A stretch of 64,000 bases of DNA, taken from Raillietiella orientalis (Eukaryota). Where the stretch lies: contig JAYWIR010000001.1 of the NCBI GenBank assembly GCA_036172245.1, forward strand, positions 124,001 to 188,000, read 5' to 3'. Under the pieces are notes generated by a model. It worked only from the letters and a program-made list of their open reading frames with translations, had not been told where the DNA came from and did not search any database. Shown in pieces: positions 37,321 through 50,050 of the stretch (position 1 is its first letter; every line of letters begins with the position of its first letter). The position numbers and the translations under genes are program-made.

Positions 37321-38109
37321 CGTAAGAGACAATCACTGAAAACAAAATGATGATGATGATGAGATGCCATGAACATTTCGAAATGTATTTGCATGGCTGA
37401 TTAGATAAATAAAACGGAACTTCCCTCAGAATTGCCAGAGTAACGCTCGGCGCCCACAGCGGTGGAATGACGCAGTGCACGAGATCGCCACTTTGCAAAG
37501 CAGGGATGCCTACCGATTCGTGTGAAATAATCCTTTCTTGCCTCCACGGATCAAACTTTGCTGATAAAATACCGGTAAAACAACCCATTGTACACGCGGG
37601 GGGGGGGGAGGCAGAGAGAGTGAGAGAGAGAAAATGGAGTTTCATGAGAATAGGCTATTCCGCAAAATGCAATGTCTTTCCGATAGATTGGACGCCCCTC
37701 GGTGGAAGAGGATAAGTGCACATTTCTGAGTTCTATTGAAGAACATCTCGTCCGACAACGGAATCGCGCATTGATCGAAGAGTGGTAATGGGGAAAGACT
37801 CGTAAGAGTTTGGCGTGGGAATATCGAACCCGACTCTCCTCTTCCAGGATCAGAACTCACTCTTTGCCATGCTCGTTCACGCCAGAAATCCATCCCCCCC
37901 CCCACCCCCTCTCGAGCTCACGTTTCGCGTACGTTTGTCATCGGTCCATGTACTTTTTACATTCATTGCGATAAAAAAGCAAGACGTCCATCTCACATCA
38001 CTGCCGGAGGGCTCATAGGCGTGGCAAAAAGGCCTTCGCGTCTCCTGCTAACCACGCTCGTGCACCCCTGGACACGGGGGTCCGGTTCGAAAGACCACAG
38101 AAAGCGCCA

Positions 38110-38288
38110 ACACACGTGAATGCACAAGATTTCCTTCAGGGCACGTGGTCAGTCGTGTTTAGTAACGTGCGCAGTATGGACAGGCACCCTACTGGAACGT
38201 GCACTTTTATTAATAGGATCAATAGGTTGTTGAGATGTATACGAAGGATTATAAAAATAAATACACATGCTTGCTTACTATGTGCATT

Positions 38289-38325
<37 letters not shown>

Positions 38326-39330
38326 ATTCACACATATATATATGTATATACACTCAATGAATATATAAATATCGAATTTTTAAAAAAAGAAAATAATTGT
38401 GACGAAAATAGTGGGGGAAAAATAAAAAATGCAAACAAATTAAATAAACCAAAAAGCAAATTTGATAATCATGTATTTACTAAATATAATTTCCTTATAT
38501 ATACAAACATATCTACATAAATATATACATACATATGTAGGTAGATATACATATTTATAGTTTATATATGTATTTCTGTATATGCATATGTATGTATTTG
38601 GATTTCTATACATATATATACGTGTGTGTGTGTATGTGTGCATATATATGCATATATATATTAACTATAAATATTGATGTATATAATAAGCACATCTATT
38701 TATTTTTGATAATCTTTCATATACAACCATCAACAATGTAATCAACAGCTTATTAATTGTATTAATAAAATGCATGTCACCGAATCTTCATGAATACATA
38801 TGTTCCAGTAATGCTAGTGTTAGCAATATGCATGTGAATAAATAGGAATAACTGTGTGTGTTCAAATAAATTTGTATGGTAATCTATGTAGAATAAACAT
38901 ATATGTACGTTTTTTAAACTCTTCATAATATATATTGATTCGTGCAACCATCTTTATATGAATGTATATGTCAGTAGATATAATAAGCACATATGTGTTG
39001 ATTTTTTATAATTCACGGTACAATATTCATCCATACATTAATCCTCATTTAAATATATACATGAATACATATAATAAGCATATCTATTTATTGTTTATAG
39101 TCTTTCGTGTATATATCAGCGAGGCAATCAACAACTCGTTCATATAATTCATGTCACTGAATCTTAGAAAATACATCTGTTCGAATACTATTACTGCTAA
39201 CGATATGTGCGCTCATTAATAGGAATACGTATGCGTGTTGGAGAAAGTGCGTTCGGAAAGGAACGCATGCGAATGAGTGCACACGCGTGTGTGTGCCTTT
39301 GGGGACCTCTTGCGATCCCTGCGTGGGGGG
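38110..39330. repeat. AT-rich foldback-type island 3
   Basis: 38330-38540 matches 41140-41340 (ATCGAATTTTTAAAAA..AAATAATTGTGACGAAA..GTGGGG). Tandem units start at ~38684 and ~39071, each with CATGTCACYGAATCTT. Confidence 0.7.
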
Positions 39331-40460
39331 ATTGCGGTGGGCTCCCCTCCGGGATGGTCTTTCCAGCGTAGTCACCTCAGTGTGTGACCGGCTTTTCCCT
39401 CAGGGAGCTTCCCTGTCGGAACTTCTCCCACTCCAGAGGCACGCTGGAGCGGTGAATGGGATCGGGACTCCTCCTTTTTCCTTCGTGTCCACGTTTTCTT
39501 CTTCTTCACCCCCCCCCCCCTTCTCCCCCTCCCCCCCTTCGAAAGAGTAAGAAGGCGAAAACAGGCTGGCCGAAAATGGTTTCTGATTTTTCCGCGGCTC
39601 GCTCGTCTTTGCGGGCTCGCCGCTGCGCGGAGCGGGCGAGTCCGCCCCCGTTCCGCGCTGACCACTCCCACGTGCCACCGAAGGCGGGCGTTACGCTTAG
39701 TGGCGGCGGCGGCGAAGGGAGGTCGCGCGCGCGCAGTTTCATGTGCTGCTGCTGTTCCCCCCCCCCCCCCCCCCTCGTCTCCCGTTCCCGGAGTCATTCA
39801 GCTGCTGGAATGAAGTCCGCCGCCTCTTTGCATTCTCTTCCGTCCGTGTTCCCCCACCCGCCTTTGGTGGGATCTCTGCTCTTCGGGACGCGCTACCGCT
39901 TTCCCTTTCTTGCACCGAGCATCGAGTGCCCCCCCCCCCCCCCCCTTCCGGGGAAGAAGAAGCTTCTCCGAAAAATTTCCAAATTCAGCGGACGTGGAAA
40001 ATTCCCGAGGTGCCTCCTGCGCGGGAGGCGCTTTCCGTCTACCCCGTAAATCAGCCGGACAAAAAGCCTCCCCTGCCGACATCGCCATCAGTCACCCTGT
40101 ATCAGGTCACAGATCTGTTTGAGCCGAACAAGCTGCTTATCAGATCTCCGGCTGATCCGAAGTGGCAGACCGGGAGCTCGCGGAGACTCCCAGCATCCGG
40201 GCGCGAGGTGTGCAGCGCGTGATTTCCCGCGCGGCCACCCTCGGACCGGGAACCACGGCTGGGGGGTCTGTCTCGGGGAAGGGCTCCCGAGGGGCAGAGC
40301 CCTCGCTCCGAGCAGCGCGAGCGCGCGCGTCTCCTCCCCCCCTTCTTCGAGAGGGTGAAGCCGGAGGGAAGTCCACCGCCACCCCTTCCGGTCACGACCC
40401 GCTCTGCGCGCAGGTCGCGGGAAGTTCAGCAGCCGCGAGTCGGTGGGGAGCGGCTCGCGT

Positions 40461-42287
40461 GGGGTTATTTCCCGAATGTAGGGCTGGGCCGCCGCCCGAG
40501 CCGGTGGGCACCGCCGTGTCCCCAAAGCGCGCGCAGGCGCAGCTCGCTGCGTGGATGTCCCGCGCGGGGGTTTTGGGGGTTCGCGGGTTCGGACCACCAC
40601 AATCCCGGAAAATGAAACGCACGCGTGCCTATTCCACACGCGAGCACGTGACGAACTTATTCGATTATGCACGCTTATTCCTATTTATTAACATGCATGG
40701 TATTAGCATTAATGCTATCTCAACAGGTGTATCTATTAAGATTCGGTGACATGCATTTTATTAGAATAATTAATAAGTTGTTAATTATATGGTTGATTTA
40801 TATGTATGTATATATGAAAGATTATATAAAACAGATAGATATGTTTATTATACGCATTCACATGTATATTTATATAAAATGGATGCATAAATTAATACAT
40901 ACTGTGAAGATTATAAAAAGTAAATACATATGCTCATTTTACATAAATGATTCTACATATAGACTTATGTTAATATGCACAGTTATTCCTATTTATTGGC
41001 TACATATTTCGAATAGTAGCGTTTTTGGAACAGGTGCATTTATTAAGATTCCGTCACATACATTTTATTAAATTATTAATAAGTTGCTGATTACTTTGTC
41101 GACATATGCATAAAAGAGCATAAAAAGTAAACTATGATGTGCACTCATATACATATATACATCAATGAATATATGAATATCGAATTTTTAAAAACAAGAA
41201 ATAATTGTGACGAAACTAGTGGGGAAAAAATAAAAATGTAAACAAATCAAATTTTAAAAAAATTCAATATTTGTATATTCATCAAGTACGGGTTCCTTAT
41301 ACGTACAAATATATTTACATAAATATATACATACATATATATGTATGCGTATGTATACACATATTTCTATATACGTATGTATGTACATTTCTGTATATAA
41401 ATTTATACACACACACACATATATATATATAATCTTTGTATATTTTAATATATATATATATGCATGTATAAAAATATATCTACATCTACATGTATATATG
41501 TGTGTTTGTGTGTGTACATGTTTATATTCATATACTTCTATTATCTATAAATATTGATGTATATGATGAGCCTATGTACTCATTTTTCATAATATTCAGT
41601 ATACATCAAAAATACAGTCAACAACTTGTTAATAATCTGAATGAAATGTGTGTCACGGAATCTCAATAAATGTATACATTCCAACAATATTACTGCTAAT
41701 AATATGCACGTTAATATGTAAAATAAAGATATTTGGAGATTTAATGTAAACATATATATAGATTCCATGTAGAATAAACATATATATCGATTTTGGGGGA
41801 TCTTCATAATATGTATTAAGTTATGCATTAATTTTTATATAAATATATAGCCATATATATAATAAGCATATATTTGTTTATTTTTAAACCTTCATGATAC
41901 ATATTAATCTTCATTTAAATATATACATGAATACATATAATAAGCATATCTATTTATTTTTTTATAATTTTTCAAATATATGTCAACAACTTATTACTTT
42001 TACTAACGTAATTCATGTCACTGAATCTTAGCAAATACATCTGTTCCCATACTATTACTGCTAACAGTATGTGCGTTAATAAAGAGGAATAACCGTGCGT
42101 ATTCGAATGTGTTATATTAACGCGTGTGTGTTGCATTTTATTTCTCGGGATTTTTGGGTGGTTCGGGATTGGGAACCGGGCGGGGGCCCATAAGGGCGCC
42201 GCGTCCACGCGCGCGCTGGGGATCGCGACTGCCGTGGTCTCCGCCGGCCCGGCAGGCGGCCCAGCCCTACATTCGGAAAGGATCCCG
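40461..42287. mobile_element. ~1.8-kb foldback element with GC-rich ends and AT-rich modular arms (island 4)
   Basis: Perfect 22-bp inverted repeat CCGAATGTAGGGCTGGGCCGCC (40472-40493) / GGCGGCCCAGCCCTACATTCGG (42255-42276). Inner arms ~40600-41100 and ~41560-42155 are inverted copies (TAAGATTCGGTGACATG vs CATGTCACTGAATCTTA). Confidence 0.8.
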
Positions 42288-42851
42288 ATTTTGGTCGTTG
42301 GGGATTCTGATCGGGCCCGAGGGCGTCCCCACAACCTTCAGGACACGCGACAGTGTGCTGGCCTGGTCTCTGGACAGTCTCTACCTTAAGGGAGGGAGCA
42401 TGCGGAACGTCCCCGTCGTGCACTCTCCCCCAGAAACACGATGGCCAAGTGCCCCGATGTTACCCACACGCATGCCCTTTTTTATCCTGGATGTGCCGAA
42501 CCATTTGTTTAAACAAAGGACCGGATAAGATTTCTTGAAAGAAAGGAGGTCGCACTTCTGACACGAAGCGGAAGGGGTCGATCCTCCAGGACCGCTTAAC
42601 ACGAGAGACAGCGGTGGGGGAGAGAGAGGGGAGGGGGTCAGCAATACATGAACAAATAGGGAGGGGAATGGATGGGCCTCGCGACGATGATGACGTCTTC
42701 CGAGGGCCTGCATTTTCCACCGGGTTACCCCGGGGCAGTGATATATGGGAAAAATAGGGAAATAGAATAAATAAATGAATAATAGAATAATCAGGGAAAC
42801 ATTTCCTTGGAATCCTGCACGAGGGTGAGAGGCCTAAAAGGAATCGATGCC

Positions 42852-43740
42852 GATTAAAATCGCGAAAGATCATAAAAAATAAATACATATATTTGTTACA
42901 TATATCAATGTGTCCATCTATATACATTAATACATATTTTAAGATCAAAAATAAATACATGTGTTTGTATCTATGTCAATATACATATATTTATATGTAG
43001 ATTATTGTGCAAACTTATTGTAGCATACAAATTTATTGATATATTAATAATATGTGTCGATATATATTATGAACACACGTAATTGCAAAAAATAAATGCA
43101 TATGTACATTAAGGTATACTTACACATATAATAAATATGAGAAATGTAAATGGAATTACGAACGACAATGCTCATCGTTCGATTGAATCCCGAAAATTCG
43201 TCATTTCCTGAGGAAGTTTATTTGTTGACAGCTGGAAATGACAGGAAGATGAAATGCCAGATTTCCTTTCTTGTGCTCTCCTGATTTGTCTGTCTTCCCC
43301 CCCCTCCCACCACCATTTTTAATTGTCACCCGTATTTTTTACTTTTCGAAATTCGATATTTATGAATTCACTTCATGTACATGTAAATATACATTAGTGT
43401 GCAAAATAAACACAATAGACATGTATATATTTTTTAATAATCTCTACTATGTATATTAATGATATGTATATGAGTACATATTCTTAATTATATTAAAAAC
43501 ATATATGTTAAAATAAGCTCGCATATTAATATATGTGTATATATCAGTATGCATAATAGGCACATTGTATTTATTTTTATAATCTTTATTACATATGCTG
43601 ACGTATATACAAATATATGTATTAATTTATAATAAGCATATGTATTTATTTTAAATCCATTATCGAATTTTGAAAATTAAAATCCACCCAAAACATATGT
43701 ATGTGTTTTATGTATTTAAAAGATCTTCCGGATTTTAATC
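42852..43740. repeat. AT-rich foldback-type island 5
   Basis: Inverted ends GATTAAAATCGCGAAAGATC / GATCTTCCGGATTTTAATC, with internal motif copies converging. Confidence 0.68.
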
Positions 43741-43949
43741 TCGTCAAATTTTTTTTCGTGGTGCGGGATTTCGAACGGAATTCAAAAGGAGCAAAGGAGA
43801 CAAAAAATGAATAAATAACTGAGGGAAAGAGGATGGGGCCTGGTTCGCAGTCCCCTCTTGTATTCATTCAGTCCTTGCACCACGCGGGGAAGTGACCACT
43901 CTTTGCAACTGGGGATAGAGGAGACTGTCTTCCTGCTTTTCGTAGCACA

Positions 43950-44760
43950 GAGATGATCAGGAGGAGAATAGTCTCCTCACCAGCCGTCGCTGGCCCTGTC
44001 CTGTACCAGGAAGAGCTGCCTCGATACCGCAGATGCGTCATGGTGGCTACAGAGGCCGGCGGGAGAGAACTCTTGAAGAAGTGCTCCCAGCTCCGGCAGA
44101 AGGACGCAAGGCGGATTTCCCCCGGTCCAAACCTCGCGGTTCAGGGGGACTTCCCTCGCGTCACGTGATGGCTTGCCGTAGCGATGGCGGCGCCCATCGC
44201 ACGTCCTCCCCAACTTCCGGCGCAGGGTTGCCAGCTGCTGCACTCTGCGGGAAAGCACGGAGCACTCTGGGCGAGCACTCAAGAGAGGCATCTGCCAGTT
44301 CCTCTTGCAGGAGGTCAGACAGGTCCTTACGTTTGTGCCACTGGAGCGGCTGGGTCGGCCCTTCATCCGACAAGGACTTCGGGCCTGAAGAAGATTCCGG
44401 AACCTTGAGGGAGGCGGTCTTGCTCTCCGGACGTCCACCAGCAGGGTGAGGAGAACGCATTCCCCTGTGGGATCCCAATCACCTCGGTATGCGGGAGTCG
44501 CGTCTATCCCGCACCGATCTCCCGAGGAAATTCGTGGCATCGTCCAACGGGAGACGTGGCAGAGACATCTGCTGGACGCGCCGCCCAAACCTCCCTCCGG
44601 ACTGCGGGAAGATGAGCTTGTCATTCGCTCTGCGGGAAGAGGAGGTCCGTCTAATTACAGTGAAGACTCCTCGTCACGTAAGGTCACCAACCAGCAGCTC
44701 CGGTGTGTGTCACCCTGGCAACCTGGCGTGCGTGAGTTCTTTAGGCGGAGAGCCAGCGCT
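43950..44760 (+). mobile_element. Possible LINE APE/RT N-terminal remnant
   Basis: LAVQGDF (cf. GDFN) and GRGGPSNYS..VSPWQPG (cf. NYRPI..QxGF). Weak. Confidence 0.3.
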
Positions 44761-44789
44761 GAGGTTGTTACCCGGAAATCCTCCGTCGG

Positions 44790-45043
44790 GGTGCGACTCA
44801 AAATCCCAAATGATCATGAAAAATACAGATACATGTTTCTTGTACATATTCATATACATTCGTATATTATCTTTTAGGAAATTTTATACATTCGTATATG
44901 TAATGAATGTATATTCAATGAATATATCGACTTATGAACATACGTATTTTTTATAATCTTTATGATATATGGTAATCCACATATGAATGTATTTAAACGT
45001 ATGTATTTATAACTGAAGGTCCTTCGGGATTTTGATCGGCACC
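44790..45043. repeat. AT-rich foldback-type island 6 (minimal, ~250 bp)
   Basis: Inverted ends GGTGCGACTCAAAATCCCAAATGATC / GGTCCTTCGGGATTTTGATCGGCACC. Confidence 0.68.
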
Positions 45044-45599
45044 GCGCCACCAAGCTAGAGGACCTGGTTTGAACCTCGACAACGGTCTCCTGCTTGATTC
45101 ATGGCGCCGCTCAACGAGAGCGCGCATGGCAACCCTGACGCAGCGTGCGTACTCGCTCTACTCTAGCGACCTCTCGGCGACTGGGGAGGCTCCTGACCTC
45201 CGTCTCCTCCGTGCGACGAGAAGGCCGAGTTCGCTCCCCGTCCGTGGAGTTTGCCGGAGGAAGGAAAAGACATGCCTGCCGCTGTGGTCCCCGGGATGGG
45301 ACGCTGCCCTCGCATCAGAGGGTGGGCGGCACACGCCGCCCACCCTCTGATGCCATAGCTAAGCGGACGAAGGTCTGACGTCTTGGAAACGGAGACGGTT
45401 AGGGAACGAGAGCAAGAAGAGGAAGAAAGAAATGAAGAGGAGGAGAGGGAAGGGAGGAAGAGAAACAGTGGAAGTTGGCGCCTGCGTCCACTCCAGGGCG
45501 TGTCGCTGGTGCGGGTTCCGCTCTGCGGGGTGGTCCAGTGCTGCAGGGAGGTGACAAGGGGCGATCTTTCGAGCATGAAGAAGAGGCGCCCACCGGGAA

Positions 45600-48500
45600 C
45601 GATGAGCCACCTACGTGTCAGGGTGCTGCCACTCAGCTAACCCGTAAAGGAGCAGAAGCAAAGATGCGTTCTCAGACCTCCGGGAGCGATGCGGATCTTC
45701 TTGGGGCCTAGAGTCCCCGGAGAGCACTCGGAGCCACCTCATGGTCGCTCCTTGCATCCGCAGCGCCCACGACATCCACTGGACGCGCGCGCCGGCTCCC
45801 ACCGGGAGATGCCGAGCACCTCCCGACTGAACTTGCGGTCGGGAGGGAAGTCTGCAAGATGGAGAAGGAGGCCCTCGCCCTCCGCTGTCCTGTTCGCCTT
45901 GTTTGCCGCCCCTTTTCAACGGCACCTTCCTCCACCTGGAGCCGTCTCCGGTCCTGGAGGTCGCGGACGACGACTCGGAGTGCAGATTGTGCTTCACGAT
46001 GCGCCCCGGAGCGCGCCCCTACCCTGGTGATCCTCTCCTGCCTCGCTTCCTCGCTGCTACTCCTGACGGCGGCTCCAAGTCCAGAGCTGCTGCTGGTTCC
46101 AGGCCAGGTGGAGCATCACTCAGGGACGTCAACGAGAGAGGAGGAAGGGAAGAGGAGGAGGAGGAAGGGAGGTGATTGTTCGCAACGACACCTGCGGCCT
46201 CACTCGCTCTCCCTTCGCCAAGAGATAAACTATGTCGCACCACTTCTCGGTCGTTCCCTCCCTCCCGGCTAACCGCCACCACCACCACATCCACAACAAG
46301 AACCTCTGTAGCTGCATCTCTTCCGAGATGCTAAACATCGTCTCCTACCACGAGGGCGCGCCCAGGGCTTCTTCGAGGAGGATGCCAAGAGCTTGTTCGC
46401 GCTCAGGGTCGATGCCCTCGGGGCGGAGGCGAAGTCCCTGCTGAGAAAACCGCCCCGGCAAGGATGTCGGGCACGACCCGGTTCCAAGCGAGAACACAGT
46501 TTAACGCCGGGGCATCCGGCCCTTGCCCTCGCCCCCTGCCTCCTTTCCTCCAAGGGAAACATACAGCCAGCCTTCTGACGGAGCTCACGGCCTATGAGCC
46601 ATCTGGCTGACGGCGAGCTGAACCTCTTGAGAGGACGACGGAAGACGGGTTGCTTGCGGAATGCAAGGAGCAACGGTGTTCTTGTCCGCACCCACCGGGG
46701 CTTCCTTCACCGCTCCGTAAGGGGAGGTCCTATCCCCGAACGGGGATGTAGACGGCCTTGTTGCATGGTGACCCTGGGCGACGAGCCGGCGGTCCAGGCC
46801 CTCTTCCCCCGAGGCGGATCCTGAAGGACGAGGGTTCAACGGAGTCTGCATGCGCGGCCTCCTCTCCACCGAGTTTCCCCTTCCGGCCTCTTCTCTGCCT
46901 GCCGGCCTCTCCCTTTCCCTACGAGGAAGCGACCGGGGCCACGTGCGGGTCCCCACTCCTTCCGGCCGCGTGTGTCATCTCCGAGAGGGCGGGGGAGTTC
47001 CCTCTCCCGGGATGATCTGCAGGACTCGTTGTCGCTTCCTGACCACCGCGCGCCGAACTTTGCAGGGCGGCAGGAAATCCGCCGGGTGCCTGCTGGCTGG
47101 GAGACCACCCAACCTGGGAGGAGGAGGAGGAGGAGCAGCGGGGCGGCGGGAGAGGCGATCTTTCTGCGAGCTCCCCTTAAGGCAGAAGGCGGGAGGAAGC
47201 GACTGGCACACCCGTCCAGTGGGAGGGACTCTCCCCAACTTCCCCCGCCTACGGTAGGGAGGGCCTGCTCCTCGCTCTCCTCATGCCCCCGGGCAGGGAC
47301 TCAGTCTCCCTACGTTCCTTCTGGGATAAACGCGGGTCCTTCCAGCGGCGATAGGACTCCCGTGCTGCTCCCTGCTCTCCTGGCGCCCGCAGGGGGGGGG
47401 GGAGAGGAGGCTCTGCCTCGTTCCCGCTCCCCGGATCCCTTCCGTAACCTGCCAGGAGACGAGAGAGGGGGCGCGCCTCTGCTGGACGTCGAAGGTGTCG
47501 CTTCCCCTCCCATTCCCCGGGAGCGCGAGTCTGTGAGCGAGTGAGGCGCCTCGGGCGAGAGTCAGCGCGTCGGTCGAGAGGTCGGACGCGCGCGTGAGTG
47601 GAGAGAGGCGAGGAACCAGAGGCGGGGGAAGCCACCGCCAAGCTGCGCGCGCTGCGGACCAGCGGCGCGGTTGCCGTGGCAACGTCTTCCGGACTGCCGT
47701 TGCCGCCGTGGTCGTCGTGCCGGAAGGACGGCGGAGACGGTCGGACGCCTGCAGGTGAGTGGGAGGGCGGTTGGGTGCTCCTCTGCCCCACCGGGGATGA
47801 CGGAGGTGGGGAAGGGGAGGAGGAGGCATGTCCTCCTTCCTCCCCTGCTGCCCCCTCGCGAGCCCGAAACGACGGTTCTCGCCCGAGGGGTCGACCGGTA
47901 GAAACCGAGGCGTCCAGGGAGCACCCTTAGGGACCTCGCGTGCGTTCCTCCGATCTGGGATGCTCCCGGGTGACGCGTGAGTGCGCGCAGCCAGCACGAG
48001 AATGCGACCCTTCCCCGACTCCCCTTTGCAGGGAGGGAGTCGTGAGCATCTCGGGGTTCCTTCCTCCCCGGGACGCTCACGGGGGAGGTGGGAGGAGAGG
48101 CAGCCCTGGGGGAGGCCTCCCCGACCCTGCTCCGAGGGTGAGCCGCTGGAAAGCCACGGGGAGCCGCCCCGTTCCCTCCTTTTCGTCTGCTGCCGTAGCC
48201 TCAGGAGGAACGCCCACTCTGGGGGGATCAGGAGGGGCAGGAAACCGCAGAGAGCGGCCCATCATGCGCTCCTGATCTCCCGGCGTGGAGAAGGGAGGGG
48301 CGAAAGGGGAGAGAAGGACCGCTGAGGGATGGATCGGGGTCCCCCACGTAGAGCGCCGCAGGCGAGGCGACGAGGTGCCTCCGTCCTCATCCGAAGCTCC
48401 TCCAGAAGTCTTGGAGTTTCTCCAGCAGATCCTCCCTTCCATGCAGATTGCCGACACGGAAGGACCCGCGTTCGCGAGAAGTGCGGGGTAGGGTGGATAG

Positions 48501-50050
48501 TGAGGCAGAAGAGGGAAACCTTCTGTTTCCCTTGGTCCCCATCGCTTCCCGGTGAGACCCCCACTCTTCGCTGATGCTCCCCTCCGGAGAGCGGAGTTAT
48601 CTGCTGCCGTCTAGAGGGAATGCTGTCACCGGGAGCGTCGGACCCTGCTCCCGCAGGAGTGGCACGAAATGGAGGCAGCTTACGCGGTGGGGTGAGCGAC
48701 CATGCGGGATGGGGAACTCCCGGGGGCAGCTCTTCCCTCCCTTGTTCTCATTTCCTTCCTCCTCTTCCTGTCCCATTCTTCCCTTCCTCCTCTTCCTCCT
48801 CCTTGTTCCCATCTGCCTCACTCCCTAGGACGCTTGACAACGCAGAATAAGAAGGCAGGCGGAAGGAAGGGGCGCTTTTTTGTTTCTCCTTTCCATTCTG
48901 CCTTCCTCCTGAGTCGCTTTGGGAGCGTGGCGTACGGGACGCCTCCTGGATTCTGCGGATGCGACCGAGGGCTGCCCGTTCCCAGGCGCGGGCAGAGACG
49001 TGCTCAAGAAGGGCAGTGCTCCCTCCGGCAGCTGCGCGAAGCAGAGGTGGGATGAGAGAGGAGGCGCCCCTCATCCTTTCTTTCCCAAGAGGTCTTCCTC
49101 TTCGTTGTGGCAGCTGCAGAGGCCCGCGCCCACTCCCGCTCCCGCGCAAGCCTCCGGAGCCTTTCGAAAGTCCTCGTTCCAGCTCTCCGTGTCCACGCTC
49201 ACCTCCGGGCACTGAGAAAGAGGAGGAGGAGGAGGAGGGGAGGGGAGGATGGTGCTTGCAATGAAGGGAACGAAGAGGGAGTGCGCAAGTCTTCTTCTCT
49301 GCGTCCGCTGACTATCCTGCTTCCCTGCACGCCGGGAAGACTGCCTTCCGCACCCCCTGCCCTTCCTCATCCCCACCTCCTTGAAGGTGCGCGCGTCCAG
49401 TGGGAGTGCTTTATTCTGGCAACGGGGCGACGGAATTGGCCAGGAGCCGCTGCAACCTCATCTGACGAGGGACCCCATCCTCGTTGAGGACTTATTCTGG
49501 GGATCGCGGACAAAGAGAGAGGGAAAATTTCGCTCCATGATTCCGATACTCAAGGGAGAGGCTCCTCGAGAAAGGACACCTCCTGGAAGGTGAACACTAG
49601 AGTGGATGTCACGGGGCCTCCGCGCCACCCGAGTCGGTCTGAGGAGCGTCCAGTTGGGTGCATTCCAGGAGGAGGAGAAAGGAAGGGGGAGAAGGAAGGG
49701 AGGAGGAGGAGGAGGAGGAGGAGGAGGAGGAGGGGAGGAGGGTGAGGAATGGAATCACGTCCTCTGAGGGAGACTGCTAAGGTGGATGCAAACGCAGATG
49801 GCGTATGCTCGGGTTGCAAGTGGGCCCCAAGCTGTCTCCCTTGGAGGAGGCGTCCGGTGCGACTTCCGGCTTCCCGACCGGGTCCGTCGGGGTGAAGGTG
49901 CGACTCCAGGGAAGATGGGAAGGCATTGCAAGTCGGAGTCTCCGAGGGCGCAGATGCGAGGTTCTTGCGAGGTCAGGGCCACCCTCAGATGAGCGGAGAC
50001 GCAAGAGAGGACCACGCCCCAATCCGAGACATATTTCGGGTTTCCTCCAA
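45600..50050 (-). mobile_element. Near full-length but heavily decayed L1/Tx1-like LINE
   Basis: Minus-strand order: ORF1-like knuckle SQEPRICALGDSDLQC (~49950), APE start ESWNEDFR (~49180), SDTFDV (~47490; cf. KAFDxV), GTRQSLLSP (~47410; cf. GxRQGxPLSP) and a post-RT segment at ~46550. Confidence 0.45.

Noticed and set aside
38684..43660. Recurring ~35-bp AT-rich motif as a CRISPR array
   Set aside because: Degenerate, present in both orientations, irregularly spaced, eukaryotic context and no cas genes.
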